Assembly (NCBI GenBank): GCA_963693365.1
Contig: CAVNZM010000001.1
Location: 18,772,783 to 18,836,782 of the forward strand
Reading direction: 5' to 3'
Source of the DNA: Amoebidium appalachense
Taxonomy: Eukaryota; Protista; Ichthyosporea
DNA length: 64,000 nt
Notes under the pieces: model-generated
Databases searched by the model: none
The model's input: the letters and a program-made list of their open reading frames with translations, nothing else
What the model was told of the DNA's origin: nothing
In this document: positions 1 to 27,250 of the stretch, in pieces
Layout of the letters: the number at the start of each line of letters is the position of its first letter
Position numbering within the stretch: position 1 is the first letter of the stretch
Program-made: the position numbers and the translations under genes

Positions 1-66
1 CGATGAACTGTTTAATGTTTGTGGAAATCACAAGGGCTGTGTGGGAGTCGCAAGCACATGTCTCTA

Positions 67-200
<134 letters not shown>

Positions 201-438
201 TGTGGATCTCCCTCTCTGTCTGTGTGTGTTTGCGCACCCCAAAGAGAGAGAGAGAGAGAGGAGAGAGGAGAGAGAGTAGAGAGACACACAGAGAGAGTGT
301 GTGTGCACGCACGCACGTCGCCACTTGTTATTTTATCTTATTTTTATTTTTATTTTATTATTATTTTAGTTTGGGGGGGGGGGGGGGGGAGGAATGGGGA
401 CCAACCTGATAGTGCAACGGACACACCTCCTGTGTGAC

Positions 439-4561
<4,123 letters not shown>

Positions 4562-6196
4562 GTTGGCACGCACAGGCAGAACTGCTGCCCTCCGTGGGAG
4601 CTCACCTGCCACTGAGTTCGAATGCAACGGGAGCCCCAAGAGAGTGTGACTATACGCACCCTTCCAACTCAACCCTTCAATCTTTGTTCAATCAGGCCAG
4701 CTGTGCTCTGTGCATAGTCCTCGAAAGCAGAATTTCGTACTTTTACAAAAATTTGGCAATAAACATGTCAAGAAATGAAATCATTCGCGTGACGTTTTTG
4801 CACACAGCGGCGGCTCTGTCCTCGTGTGCCACCGGCGTGCCACCTTGCTTTGCCTCTGTCAGCGGAAGTCGTGTCACGATGACGTTAGCAGACGTAAAAA
4901 GTTGTAGCCAATAGGAAGAACTGATGCTTTCCGAACCAATCAAAACGTGCTCTTGTTCAAGGGCAACGGTTTGCGCAATCACACCTGTGCAAAGGCACGT
5001 GTAAATGTACATGTGCATGTATATAGCCTGCAGCCTGAGTTCAGTGTGTCGCTGCGCAGATTACTCTCACCCAGCAACTGCACAGTGATGTCTAACGCAA
5101 TAAGAGCAGCACAATGTAGCCAAGGAAGTAAGCTAGTAGGCTCAGTGAGCCCTGCACATGTACCTGGCCGTGGGCCCGTGACACGCGCGCCCGGCGCACC
5201 GTGGCGGATGCGCACGCGCGACCGGGCGGCGGCGCGGATTGTTCCCGATCAGTGAGCTCACGACGGGTCACGACGCTAACATATTCTACTAATATAATGC
5301 ATGTTTGTCTATTAACCACGAGGCTGCGCTTTGCTTTGTAGTATTATTTCTTGGTCGTAACAGCCTCACAATGATTTGTTTTTGTTTTACATGTCACACT
5401 GCATTATCGAGGCTTCAAGCGAATGCATACCGGAAGCCAAAGGACCAATCATGAAAGTTAAATGTCACTTGATAGTTACGCCGGCTAGAACCAGTACCTT
5501 TGCGATTGGACACGGTAATCCAATCAATTTGTCAGCCATTAAACCCCCACTGTGGCAGTGGCACACACGAAGAGCAGTGGTTTTACTACGCACCGATAGG
5601 TTGATACCGTCGGCGTCAAGTAAAGGAGATTTGATTGGTAAAATTTATATATTCATTTAGATATATGTATGGATAACTGTGCAATAAATTTAAATAAAAT
5701 GCTGCTAATCAAAACTTTGAGTTATTGTTCATCACGTTGCATTCCCAGCTAAATTTTTAAAATTTCCCAAGATTGCAAAATTGGAAGCACTATCTTTTCA
5801 TCATCAAGTCGGACCCCACATCCGAAAAAGCATCACGTTCGCCGCCCTGCGCCTTTGGAATGCGCGCGTTGCTTGAACGCGTATGAGCGAACTCTAAAAG
5901 CTCCAGAAGTGGCCACGAACGATTTTAGTTGTGTCTTAATGTACATTCTACATGGGTAACGCAGGGGTATGGGCGATGCATGTATAGCGTAGGCATAGGA
6001 TATTGTGTCCGCACTTGCTGCGTATAACTTGCAGAGTGGAGCCCAGAATCCCGCTCGCGTCATTGCAATTATCATACCTAGGTTTCTGACATCCACTTAT
6101 CCAAAGCACTAATCCTACTTGCTTAAACGCCACATCTCGCTCTTATTACTTAAACTTAATTTTCACTGGTTTACCTCCTTTGGGGATACCAGCAAA

Positions 6197-16732
<10,536 letters not shown>

Positions 16733-18497
16733 AATGATAAGTGGGTTCTTGTGTTCCGGTATCAGACATAGATATGACGCCCAGAGGCAGTTTCTAGTGC
16801 ACACATACACATAGCAGATCGTGAGTGTGCACAAGAGCATGCAGACACACAGACAAGCACACCCACCTACCTACACGCAGCGCGGTCAGCCACACACGCA
16901 CACGCACTTACACACAGAGCTAAGCTTGTACAGACACGGCACCCGCGGTTGTTCCTGTTAGTATTGGCCTGTGTGAAAGTACATACTTTTTCAGTTCTGG
17001 TCCTTCCACATCTACCCGTAGTACATTGAAATCGGTTCTGTTATTGGGGCTTGATAACCTGTGTATGTGCTACTGTAGTGTATATGCTTTGGTGACCGAA
17101 ACATGGGGTTTCTATTTACCACGGTCATTTTCGAGGTTTGAGCTTTCGTTTTAATATCAAAAAAGACAACGTTTTTCTGGAGAATGCCTGTACATGTACG
17201 AATAGCTATGACGAATTATGCCATATATAGTAAAATATGTATTTGTATACATAGCACAGGGATGTTTGTGGCAGCCTACCTACTTGTAATGCATAAGGAT
17301 AGCTAGGTCACTATAGTCTCTCTGTCACACCTAAAACGCTGCAAGGCATCACTTTATATATGATGTCATGTGTAACAACACTTGGATTATAATGAATGAA
17401 AATGTCGGCTCATCTGAGAGCTGGGACTTTGTGAATGTTTACATCGATATCGGCTCATCTCAGAGCTGGGATCATTGAGATCATTGTTCATGCAGACTGC
17501 CACATTGAGTTGCAGCAAGTATTCTCAGCTTTTTAAGCTCATGGCCTGATTGTGTTGATATTTGAAAGTTCTTAAAGTAAGGGTTTTAGCGAGTCTATTG
17601 GGCCCGGGGTCTGTTTGAGTTTGTTTATTGCTTTAAAATATGCGCATGCAGGCACAGGGTACATACCCATGCCCACCCCCACTCCAAAATGGTTCTCTAA
17701 TGCGAGCACACTTTTATTAGAATCAGCAAAGTTCCGGTTGTGATAAAGCAAAGACTACATCCAACCTTTGTTGAATGACAAAAAATAGATGTAAATTTAC
17801 ATTTTACATTTTACCTCAGCATTTTCCTGCATGAACATAGCACCCTGTTCAGTCACGTGCTCTGCGGGTCGACAGCTGGCAGGCTCAGCCTGACTAATGA
17901 GCTGACTGTATACCCAACAGCCGGCATAACATGTAGTCACAGAGAATCTGCTGATTGGCCAGCTATAAATAGTTCTGACGCTCTTCGCTAAACAACCGGT
18001 ACCACGACAGTACCACGTCGCTATACTTTTCTCCGCCGGTACAGAAGCTAAACTGCTTAAAATATACTATTTAGGAATATCGAATTTACTATTTTAGTAT
18101 CGAAAACACACTACCTATGAAATTTGAAATTATATATTGGGTCACTGCCCGCGGTGAGGCTTGGTCATTGGACAATCATTGGTTGTAACGCAGTGAATAT
18201 CATGCATGCCAACGCCACAAAGATAACAAAGCAACTGTTATCTAATCAAATCATTCCCAATCTCCTTCAGTGACAGGTTTCCTGTCAGGGAGATTGGGCT
18301 AAAGTTAGACACCAAACTGCTTTTCGATTGCTTTATGGCCGGTCTGATGATGAGAGGCAGCACCCGGCCGCCGTCCCCGCAGGCCCCCACTGGGCCGCAA
18401 ATAAATCACATGTACTGACTCCCGGCCCTGGGGCCATACACACGAGATCAATACAGATAAGGCCCTCGGGCCCGAAAACAGAAATCATCCCCCCCCC

Positions 18498-18530
<33 letters not shown>

Positions 18531-18639
18531 ACCCAAAACCAAGCACTACTACCCTCAACCTAGCACTTACAGCCCTGATCCATAAAGCTGAGAACAGCAG
18601 GCAAACGGCGAGGAAACAGAATGCGGGCGGGTGGGTGGG

Positions 18640-18792
18640 TCCTAAGAGAAGCGGCGAGGAAAAGACTGTTTGAGAGAAGCGAAAAACATGACTTTTATAG
18701 TCGCTTCTACAGGAAGAGATGTGTGATACCGATCATCACACCATCTTCTTCCGATTGGTGGATAAAATGAGTATTTACCAAATATATCATTT
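18640..18792 (-). repeat. Split direct repeat A2 of the DIRS/PAT-like element
   Basis: Near-identical to 29151-29303. Confidence 0.95.
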
Positions 18793-18878
18793 TAGACACC
18801 AAACTGCTATCTACGTCCACTAAGACACAGCAGGCTAACATGAACTATTATACATTTACGCTGGCTGGCTGGGGCCCC

Positions 18879-19247
18879 TCAGCCTGCCCAGGAACCGGGG
18901 GTGCCGTCCAGACGAAATGCTTGCATACGCCACGGCCGCACCCCGCGCGGGAAAATCACCTCAGAGGGGCGCAGAGGCACACTTGCCGAAGCCAACCCCT
19001 GAATGACGGGCCACCACGACGCCGTATCCCACACTGGAACGACGAGGATGCCCGCTGCACCTTCCCGCTGCAGCTTGGCCACCGTTCGCTTGATCAGCGG
19101 GAACGGAGGCGCCCACCAGCTTGGTGCCGTCCACGGCACCGCCAACCCGTCTGCCATCCCACCGGGGGCCCCTGCCTGGGCCCACACATTAAACTCGGCC
19201 TTCACTGCCGAGGTGTGGGTGGCAAACCGATCGACTTCGGGCTGCAT
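18879..19247 (-). pseudogene. DIRS-type DNA N6-adenine methyltransferase-like (MT) domain, C-terminal part of pol
   Basis: QPEVDRFATHTSA...ADGLAVPW...WWAPPFPLIKRTVAKL...GILVVPVWDTASWWPVI matches the DIRS MT pattern (D-x-FA ... PPF.LI ... LV.P.W....WWP). It is separated from RNase H by the 8-kb insertion. Confidence 0.85.
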
Positions 19248-20164
19248 CATATCAGCAAACATCTCCCGGCATCTTTTTCCCGTCTCAAACCAGTCTGGGA
19301 CATCCTAAACCCGTAACCCATCCTGAACCATACCCTTTGTAACCGTTATTAGTTAGAGATGACTCCAAGCTATCCCTAACCCGTCCGGCTTTAGCAGGCG
19401 ATATTAAAGACATCTCTGTAAGTACGTCCTTAGCATATCTGTAACCCGGCGAAACCCTATCCCGTGTTCCATCTGTTTCCTCCCCCAAGCATATCTTAGA
19501 GCCGTCTTTGTTATGTCTTAAACGAATCTATAAAAAGACAATATTTATGAACTTTTACTAAAAAGATATCCCCAGCATATCTGTAAGCTATCGATCAGCC
19601 GTCTACAAGAGCGCTTTGCGATCACCAATATCCATCTTTAATACTACTTTATGTAGTTCAGACGAACATATATGGCATACTTAACACCTCTTGAAGAATT
19701 TGCAGAGATATATTACAGATATGTTGTGGTTAACCTAAATGTATCCTTACGATGTAGTTATGTAATATGTTATTTCAGTCTAACACGAGTTGTCGACTTT
19801 AGGACGTACTAAAAGCAACTCACCGATAGGCTAGGGATATTTTTATTGGTACATAGTGACACAAACAAGATATGCGTGAGACGTATTTACGTCATAATAT
19901 AGATTCATCATCAATTGAGGAAAAGACACAATTAATATACACTTTAGACGGCTTTAGGACGGCCTAACGTTATATATGGTCGCTCCCATAGATAGAATAA
20001 TTATATATTCATAGTTCTGGTAAGAGCACCGGAAGATTTCTTGATGCAATTTTAAAGCCATCTTTCAGGATGTTCTAAAAGTCACACTAAAAAGACCGTC
20101 GTCATCCTTAAAGTCATCTGTTGGATGGCTGGAGGTTGTCGTGATGATATCTTAAACCCCCACC

Positions 20165-20203
<39 letters not shown>

Positions 20204-20205
20204 GG

Positions 20206-20938
20206 GACCACCACCCACCCCACATGAACCTTTGACGATCGATGACGACGATGAGGTGCCAGACCCACAGGGTCTTTTCCTGGGCACCACCACCCACCCC
20301 ACATGAACCTTTGACGATCGATGACGACGACGAGGTGCCAGACCCACAGGGTCTTGCCTCCATACTTTATTTACCTTAACAGGACAAAGAGCCGGTACCC
20401 ACCTATGGGTGCTAAACATGCACATGATCATTCATGTGCTATAAGAGCAACACAGAAACGAAACACGGAAACAACAGCAGCCATAGGACAAAGAGCCCCA
20501 GACCCACAGGGTCTTGCCTCCATACTTTATTTACCTTAACAGGACAAAGAGCCGGTACCCACCTATGGGTGCTAAACATGCACATGATCATTCATGTGCT
20601 ATAAGAGCAACACAGAAACGAAACACGGAAACAACAGCAGCCATAGGACAAAGAGCCCCAGACCCACAGGGTCTTGCCTCCATACTTTATTTACCTTAAC
20701 AGGACAAAGAGCCGGTACCCACCTATGGGTGTAAACGTGCACATGATCATTCATGTGCTATAAGAGCAACACAGAAACGAAACACGGAAAAACCAGCAGC
20801 CATAGGACAAAGAGCCCCAGACCCACAGGGTCTTGCCTCCATACTTTATTTACCTTAACAGGACAAAGAGCCGGTACCCACCTATGAAACGAAAAACGGA
20901 AACAACAGCAGCCATAGGACAAAGAGCCGGTACCCACC
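20206..20938. repeat. Compound tandem repeat: two ~80-bp units followed by ~3.5 copies of a 160-bp unit
   Basis: cagacccacagggtcttgcctccatac begins at ~20339, 20499, 20659 and 20818. Confidence 0.9.
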
Positions 20939-21529
20939 TCTAGATGATAACGTAGCCTTATAGCTGCTGATGACTTCATGGGCCAACCTTGCCAAAACCT
21001 GTAAAAGAACTCGAGCTAAGAATTAGCTCATCCTACTTGCGAGAAGTGGGGGGGAGGGGGGGGGGGGGGGGGGGGGGGGACTGAGGGGGCTGACTGAGAG
21101 TGGCAAAAAAAGAGTCGACAGAACCAACCTCAAACATAGTAAGGACGGAAACCCGGACCAGAACTTATGAAGTCTAGAGAAGCAGAAAATAGCTTGAACG
21201 ATCGGTGGAGGGGATGATAGCTATAGTGCTAACAGCAAAAGTAGTGCCCACAGTCGCTGGTTCATGAACGTGAAAGGCAACGTGCATCTGCAGCCAGCAG
21301 ACACACGCACACGCACGCACACACACACACATACACACACACACACATAGACACAGACACAGACATAAACACAGGACGGACACAGACCAGACAGACAAAC
21401 GCCATATGCACAAAAGCAGGCAACACAAAACTAACCTTCAAAGGGCCTTTCAGCCGTTAGGCGAAGAAGCTGCAGCATGCAGCATGGTCCAAAACAATCA
21501 GCACGGTGGCTGCGCGATCTGAGGAGGGG

Positions 21530-21640
21530 ATCTGTGACCAGGCGACCTGCGGGAAGGGAACTGCGACCAGGCGACCTGCGGGAAGGGACCTGCGACCAGG
21601 CGACCTGCGGGAAAGGACCTGCGGACCTGCGGGAAGGGGG
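21530..21640. repeat. GC-rich minisatellite (gcgaccaggcgacctgcgggaagggac)
   Basis: About 3-4 adjacent imperfect copies are visible. Confidence 0.8.
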
Positions 21641-21980
21641 AAGAGAAATGGAGCAAACAACGTGCGTACAGGCTTAAATGGAGAAAAAATTGCAAACCGG
21701 ATTGGGATTTAGCCAATCACTATTCGCCGCGCCTGATTAGGGAAAAGATAAAAATAGATTTCGGCTCGCGCGCGCGCGTGCATCAGCTTGGTGCCCTTAG
21801 CGCTACCCTTAGTGCCCTTAGTCACAACTATCAGACTATAGTTACGTGTCCTCCACTTCTTTGTTCTTGACCATTTTTTCGGCATGAAAGGGTTTCTGTT
21901 ACTTCTTGCTGTCCTTCTTAGCGTGCTTGCTTGTCTTTTTTTCAACATGGGTGTCACTGGCGCTTTCGACTTCTTTGAAA

Positions 21981-22032
<52 letters not shown>

Positions 22033-22411
22033 GCACACACACTCACACATGCACACTACACACACCCACACACACACACACACAGGCGCGCATACACAGG
22101 CACGCACACACACACAGGCGCACACCTACACAACACACACAGCACATGCACACACAAGCGCACACACGCACACACCCTGTTATCCCTGATCATGATGCCC
22201 CCTCCCCCCCTCCCTCTTCCCCCCCGCGCACCCCCCCCCCCCCCCCCCCCCCACCCACCCACCCCACCCACCCACCTACAAAGACGAAAACATTGTACAT
22301 GTATTGCAAACACAAATATACTCGCACATATACATACACACATTCACTTTAATCTTTCAGGCTACATGTGCAATTGGCATTAATTATGCACAGTCGATAG
22401 AATTCGTTGTG

Positions 22412-22446
<35 letters not shown>

Positions 22447-22561
22447 TCGTTCCCCCCATATGCAATGGGGATAATATTGTTTCCCGCTATTAATTAAAAA
22501 ATCACCGTTCTAACTTCCTAAGACCGAACCACTTGTAACACCGACAGTTTCGGTTGTGTGG

Positions 22562-22600
<39 letters not shown>

Positions 22601-22714
22601 ACCCACCCACCACCACCTTACCAATATTGAGGTGTACACTGCCCCCACATCCCCAAATGTGTGCTGAATATCCCGTGCTAGGAAACCAATAACGTGAAAG
22701 TAACACATGCCGCA

Positions 22715-23824
22715 TGTGGGTAGTTATTGAAAAAACCAATAATGTCTAGGTAACATACTATGTACATATACTATGCTACAAAGGGGGTTCTATACGAGCT
22801 ACAACGTTGTGTTTTTTTCGTGTGACCCTCGTACTCCAGGGGCACATTCACCATCCCCCCCATAAACTTTGTGGTAAAGTTCTCGTGCTAGAAGCTGTTC
22901 TGTGGGTAGTTATTGAAAAAACGAATAATGTCTAGGTAACACATGTACATATACTATGCTACAAGGGGGGTTCTATTCGAGCTACAATGTTGTGTTTTTT
23001 TCGTGTGACCCTCGTACTCCAGGGGCACATTCACCATCCCCCCCATAAACTTTGTGGTAAATCTCTCGTGCTAGAGGCTGTTCTGTGGGTAGTTATTGAA
23101 AAACCAATAATGTCTAGGTAACATATGTACATATACTATGCTACAAGGGGGGTTCTATACGAGCTACAACGTTGTGTTTTTTTCGTGTGACCCTCGTACT
23201 CCAGGGGCACATTCACCATCCCCCCCATAAACTTTGTGGTAAATGTCTCGTGCTAGAAGCTGTTCTGTGGGTAGTTATTGAAAAAACCAACTTAGTAATG
23301 TCTAGGTAACACATGTACATATACTATGCTACAAGGGGGGTTCTATTCGAGCTACAATGTTGTGTTTTTTTCGTGTGACCCTCGTACTCCAGAGGCACAT
23401 TCACCATCCCCCCCATAAACTTTGTGGTAAAGGTCTCGTGCTAGAAGCTGTTCTGTGGGTAGTTATTGAAAAAACCAATAATGTCTAGGTAACACCTGTA
23501 CATATACTATGCTACAATTGCAAGGGGGGTTCTATTCGAGCTACAATGTTGTGTTTTTTTCGTGTGACCCTCGTACTCCAGGGGCACATTCACCATCCCC
23601 CCCATAAAGTTTGTGGTAAATCTCTCGTGCTAGAGGCTGTTCTGTGGGTGGTTATTGAAAAACCAATAATGTCTAGGTAACATATGTACATATACTATGC
23701 TACAAGGGGGGTTCTATACGAGCTACAACGTTGTGTTTTTTTCGTGTGACCCTCGTACTCCAGGGGCATATTCACCATCCCCGCCATAAACTTTGTGGTA
23801 AATGTCTCGTGCTAGAAGCTGTTC
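22715..23824. repeat. Six-copy 182-189-bp tandem satellite
   Basis: Unit starts tgtgggt(a/g)gttattgaaaaa at 22715, 22901, 23084, 23266, 23454 and 23643. Confidence 0.95.
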
Positions 23825-24005
23825 TGTGTCTGATGTGTGGATGTCTGTGTATGTTGTGTGTGTGTGCATGTCTGTGTGTGTGTATGTGCTCAGTTGAAAG
23901 GGAAGGGGGGGAGAGGGGGGATGCACCGTGTGTGTGCATGTGTGCACGTGTGTGTGTGTGCTCTGTGGAGAGGGAAGGGGAGGGGGGAAATGCACCGTGT
24001 GTGTG

Positions 24006-24049
<44 letters not shown>

Positions 24050-24202
24050 TGTGTGTGTTGTGTGTTTGTGTGTGTGTGCATGTCTGTGTGCATCGTGTGT
24101 GTTGTGTGTGTGTGTGTGTGCATGTCTGTGCATGTGTGCATGTGCTCGGTGGAGAGGGAAGGGGAAGGGGGGGATTCGTGTCCGTGCATGTGTGCATGTG
24201 TG

Positions 24203-24263
<61 letters not shown>

Positions 24264-24340
24264 ATGTATGTGTGTGTGTATGTGCTCAGTTGAGAGGGAA
24301 GGGGAGGGGGGGGGTGCACCGTGTGTGTGCATGTGTGCAT

Positions 24341-24800
24341 GTTAATGCAAAGTACACACGGGGGAGTCCGTAGAATTTTTTTCCCGACGGAGGGGGGGGG
24401 GGACGTGATCGGGGAATTTCAGTGTTTTCTCCAGTCCCGCATGCAACATACCAGCCTTCGTATTCAAAAAACCCAAACACCCTTTCCTTTAGCAAGTAGC
24501 TGACTTTCTCACCACCAAACGTAGATGGGGGTGGGGGGGAGTGCCCACGTTCACCCACACATCCCCACGGGCATTTGCCGGCCCATCAGGGGGGGTCCAA
24601 GAGGGGGGGGGGGGGGGGGTCATTCTATAGTGTGCATGTGTTGTGGAGGGAAAAAACGTGCAAAAACTCTCAGAATGGACGGATTTCGATGCAGTTTTTT
24701 TTTGTTTTCCCAATGGGAAGGTATGTTAATGCAAAGTACACACGGGGGAGTCCGTAGGATTTTTTCCCGACGGAGGGGGGAACGTGATCGGGGAATTTCA
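24341..24800. repeat. ~75-bp dispersed direct repeat pair
   Basis: gttaatgcaaagtacacacgggggagtccgtag...cgtgatcggggaatttca at ~24341-24421 and ~24725-24800. Confidence 0.8.
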
Positions 24801-25048
24801 AGACGAAAAATCTAAAGTCTCAATATCTGCCAAAACCCTCCGAATGGACGGGGGGGAGAGGGGGGGGGGGGGGGGGGGGAGGCATCAAACGTGATGGCTC
24901 ACACACCCCCACTGAAGTTTGCTGGCCCCATAGGTGGGGTCCAGTGGGGGGGGGGGGGGGGGGGGGGGGTCATTGTATAGTGTGCTTTTTTTTTTGTGGG
25001 GGGGGGGGGGGTTACACATTGGGTGGTTATTTCCAAGGCAATGGCAAC

Positions 25049-25088
<40 letters not shown>

Positions 25089-25578
25089 TCCCCGGCGGGC
25101 CCGCCGCTGCGCTGCGGAAGATTACTCTGATCCACTCGAATCCTTTTGTCCCAAACACAGGCTTGCAGGATAAGAAAGGCCTGCACCTTGCAAAGCTGGA
25201 TGCCTATTTTGCATCAGAAGGGAACTTCGACCCCAGCCCCAGGCTTGAAGGACGTGGCAATTGCCTAAAGTTCCTGCCGCTACAGCTGCAGTTGTTCCTA
25301 GCGGGCTTAACGCCTGCTGAAGCACGGGGGACTCCACGGGGGGATCTGCCTCTTCCAGTGAAAAGAAAAATATTCCCATACAACAGCTGCTATATTCGAC
25401 TGCAAGAAGGTGAGGAGGGAGTGTATCTTAGGGTGGTGGGATGTAAGGAGTTTTATGGTCGGCGATCCGCACTGCAGTTTCAGGTATGGTTGGCGTATTT
25501 ATTCAGGACGTACTGACAGAATAGTAAGTATAGCTCTAGTATAGCGTGATGATATTCTAAGGAGCTTCCTAAGGTATG

Positions 25579-25672
25579 CCCATACCTGAGACTGGTTCCC
25601 ATACCTGAGACTGGTTCCCATACCTGAGACTGGTTCCCATACCTGAGACTGGTCCCCATACCTGAGACTGGT
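25579..25672. repeat. 19-bp minisatellite x5 (cccatacctgagactggtt)
   Basis: Five adjacent copies with no spacers. Confidence 0.95.
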
Positions 25673-27250
25673 TCTCTTTGCCTCGAGTAAACAGCGTAAA
25701 CCCCGATATATATCTTTGCGTTTTTTTGCGTTTTTTGTGCATTTTTTTATTTTTTTATTTTTTAATGTGTTTATTTAGGGTAAATTCCACGCACCGGCCA
25801 CTTGCTCCGCGCAGGCATTGCACCGTTTGCCAAGGTATCTCGCCTAATTTATAGGTACCTTAAATATTATTATAACTAAAACTTCTGTATTTGGCAGTTG
25901 AATGCCCCAGTTTTACTTACATTAGACGGATCATGATTGTAATGATAACAGTGCTTCAGATTCTGTTTTGCACCCCTCCAGTAAATCTTTGTTTCCATTG
26001 GCTATCAACGCCTCGCGCGCACCTGCGCGAGCCTTCATGTTTCATGTTTCAATAAAAGCGTACCTTGTGACGCCTTCATTGTGAATGCAGTGTGAAATTC
26101 GATCCTAAAAAACAACCAATCAAAAACGTTGGAGTGATCTATCCCACAATCAAATGCGAAATCCCTTTTCCGGCCGTATATATTGAGCTAACCCGCGCAT
26201 CATGGATCGTGGTCCTGGGTAATCGGCATTGACCGGGTGGTGAAGACGCCGTGGCTGAGGATAGCGATACGTGCTTTGCTTTTCTATCCCAGGGAACACT
26301 TAAAGATCATCTAAATCGATCCCATTGAAGCCTTAAAGAGGCCCTAAAGTAATCCTAACACAATACCTAATTGCAACTCTGAACATCTTTAAGCTACCCC
26401 AAATAGGGCGTGAAGATCGCAGAAAGGTATCACCAATACTTGCCTAAGATTGCGTTAGCATATCACATGCACATACATGGCCTGTCTTGAAGATATAATT
26501 TGGATGGCCAATAGCGCTACAAAAGAACTCTCCAAAGATCTCCTTAGATGATCCACTGCCTAGCTGTGATATATCCTGACGACATTCTAACGCAATCAGT
26601 TCGTTTCGCAAATGTTGCATGGCCATACGGGATTAAGAGAGGATAAAGGTTGTACTAAGATCTCCGCAGTACATCTTTAACATATCTCTACGCCCATCCC
26701 ACGAGCGCCTTGTGTCAACTTACTTGCGTGTATAATGCATCTTACACACATCTATATAATATGTATCGGTATCTCTCATAGACATCCTGTAGAATGAGTG
26801 CAGACGTCTTTAGGACATCTGTTAACTACCCCATGTTCCGGGATGATAAAAATATCTCCTCAATCCGTCCAAGATATCTTTAAGACGTAAAAGACATGAA
26901 AACCCGAAAGACGTCTTTCATATATCCCGTATGCATCCGCAACCCATCTTACAATTTAATGGGGGGTTAAGGACATCCGGACTTGTGCTGATGGGTATAA
27001 GTGCACTTCCAGGTGTCTGTATGACATCTTGTCAGACGACTTTACTACGTCTTGCAGATGTCCACTGTCTTGAATCCGTGCCAGACGTATTTAATATATA
27101 TGGGATGTGTTTCAGACGCCTTGCCATCCTGAAATTCCGGGTTATCCTAAACCCGTCCTAAGCTATCTTTTAGATATATTAACGACGTTAGGACGTCCTA
27201 AAGTCGTACAAGACAGGTTTCGGATGGGGGGTGATCTTTGCTGATATGAT

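Larger units (their letters stand above)
19248..27248. mobile_element. 8-kb non-autonomous TIR DNA transposon, probably EnSpm/CMC-like, inserted in the DIRS pol
   Basis: Terminal inverted repeats catatcagcaaa(c/g)atc at 19248 and 27248, with AT on both flanks (2-bp TSD; exact boundary ambiguous because AT is palindromic). ~900-bp subterminal zones rich in gacgtc/gacatc/gatatc motifs. The pol coding sequence resumes on the far side. No transposase recognised. Confidence 0.75.

Noticed and set aside
6119-6196. Longer N-terminus of the 478-aa ORF
   Set aside because: Begins at a non-ATG codon; the first ATG in good context is 6197.
18338-18480. CTGATGA ... CGAAA hammerhead candidate in the DIRS 3' unique region
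   Set aside because: No stem II links the two words; CTGATGA lies in the loop of a ggccgg/ccggcc hairpin.
18840-19316. 158-aa plus-strand ORF as a possible antisense tyrosine recombinase
   Set aside because: Shadow of the GC-rich MT domain; no R..HxxR..Y motifs.
20206-25672. CRISPR-like arrays
   Set aside because: Units are contiguous tandem copies with no unique spacers, no cas genes, eukaryotic context.
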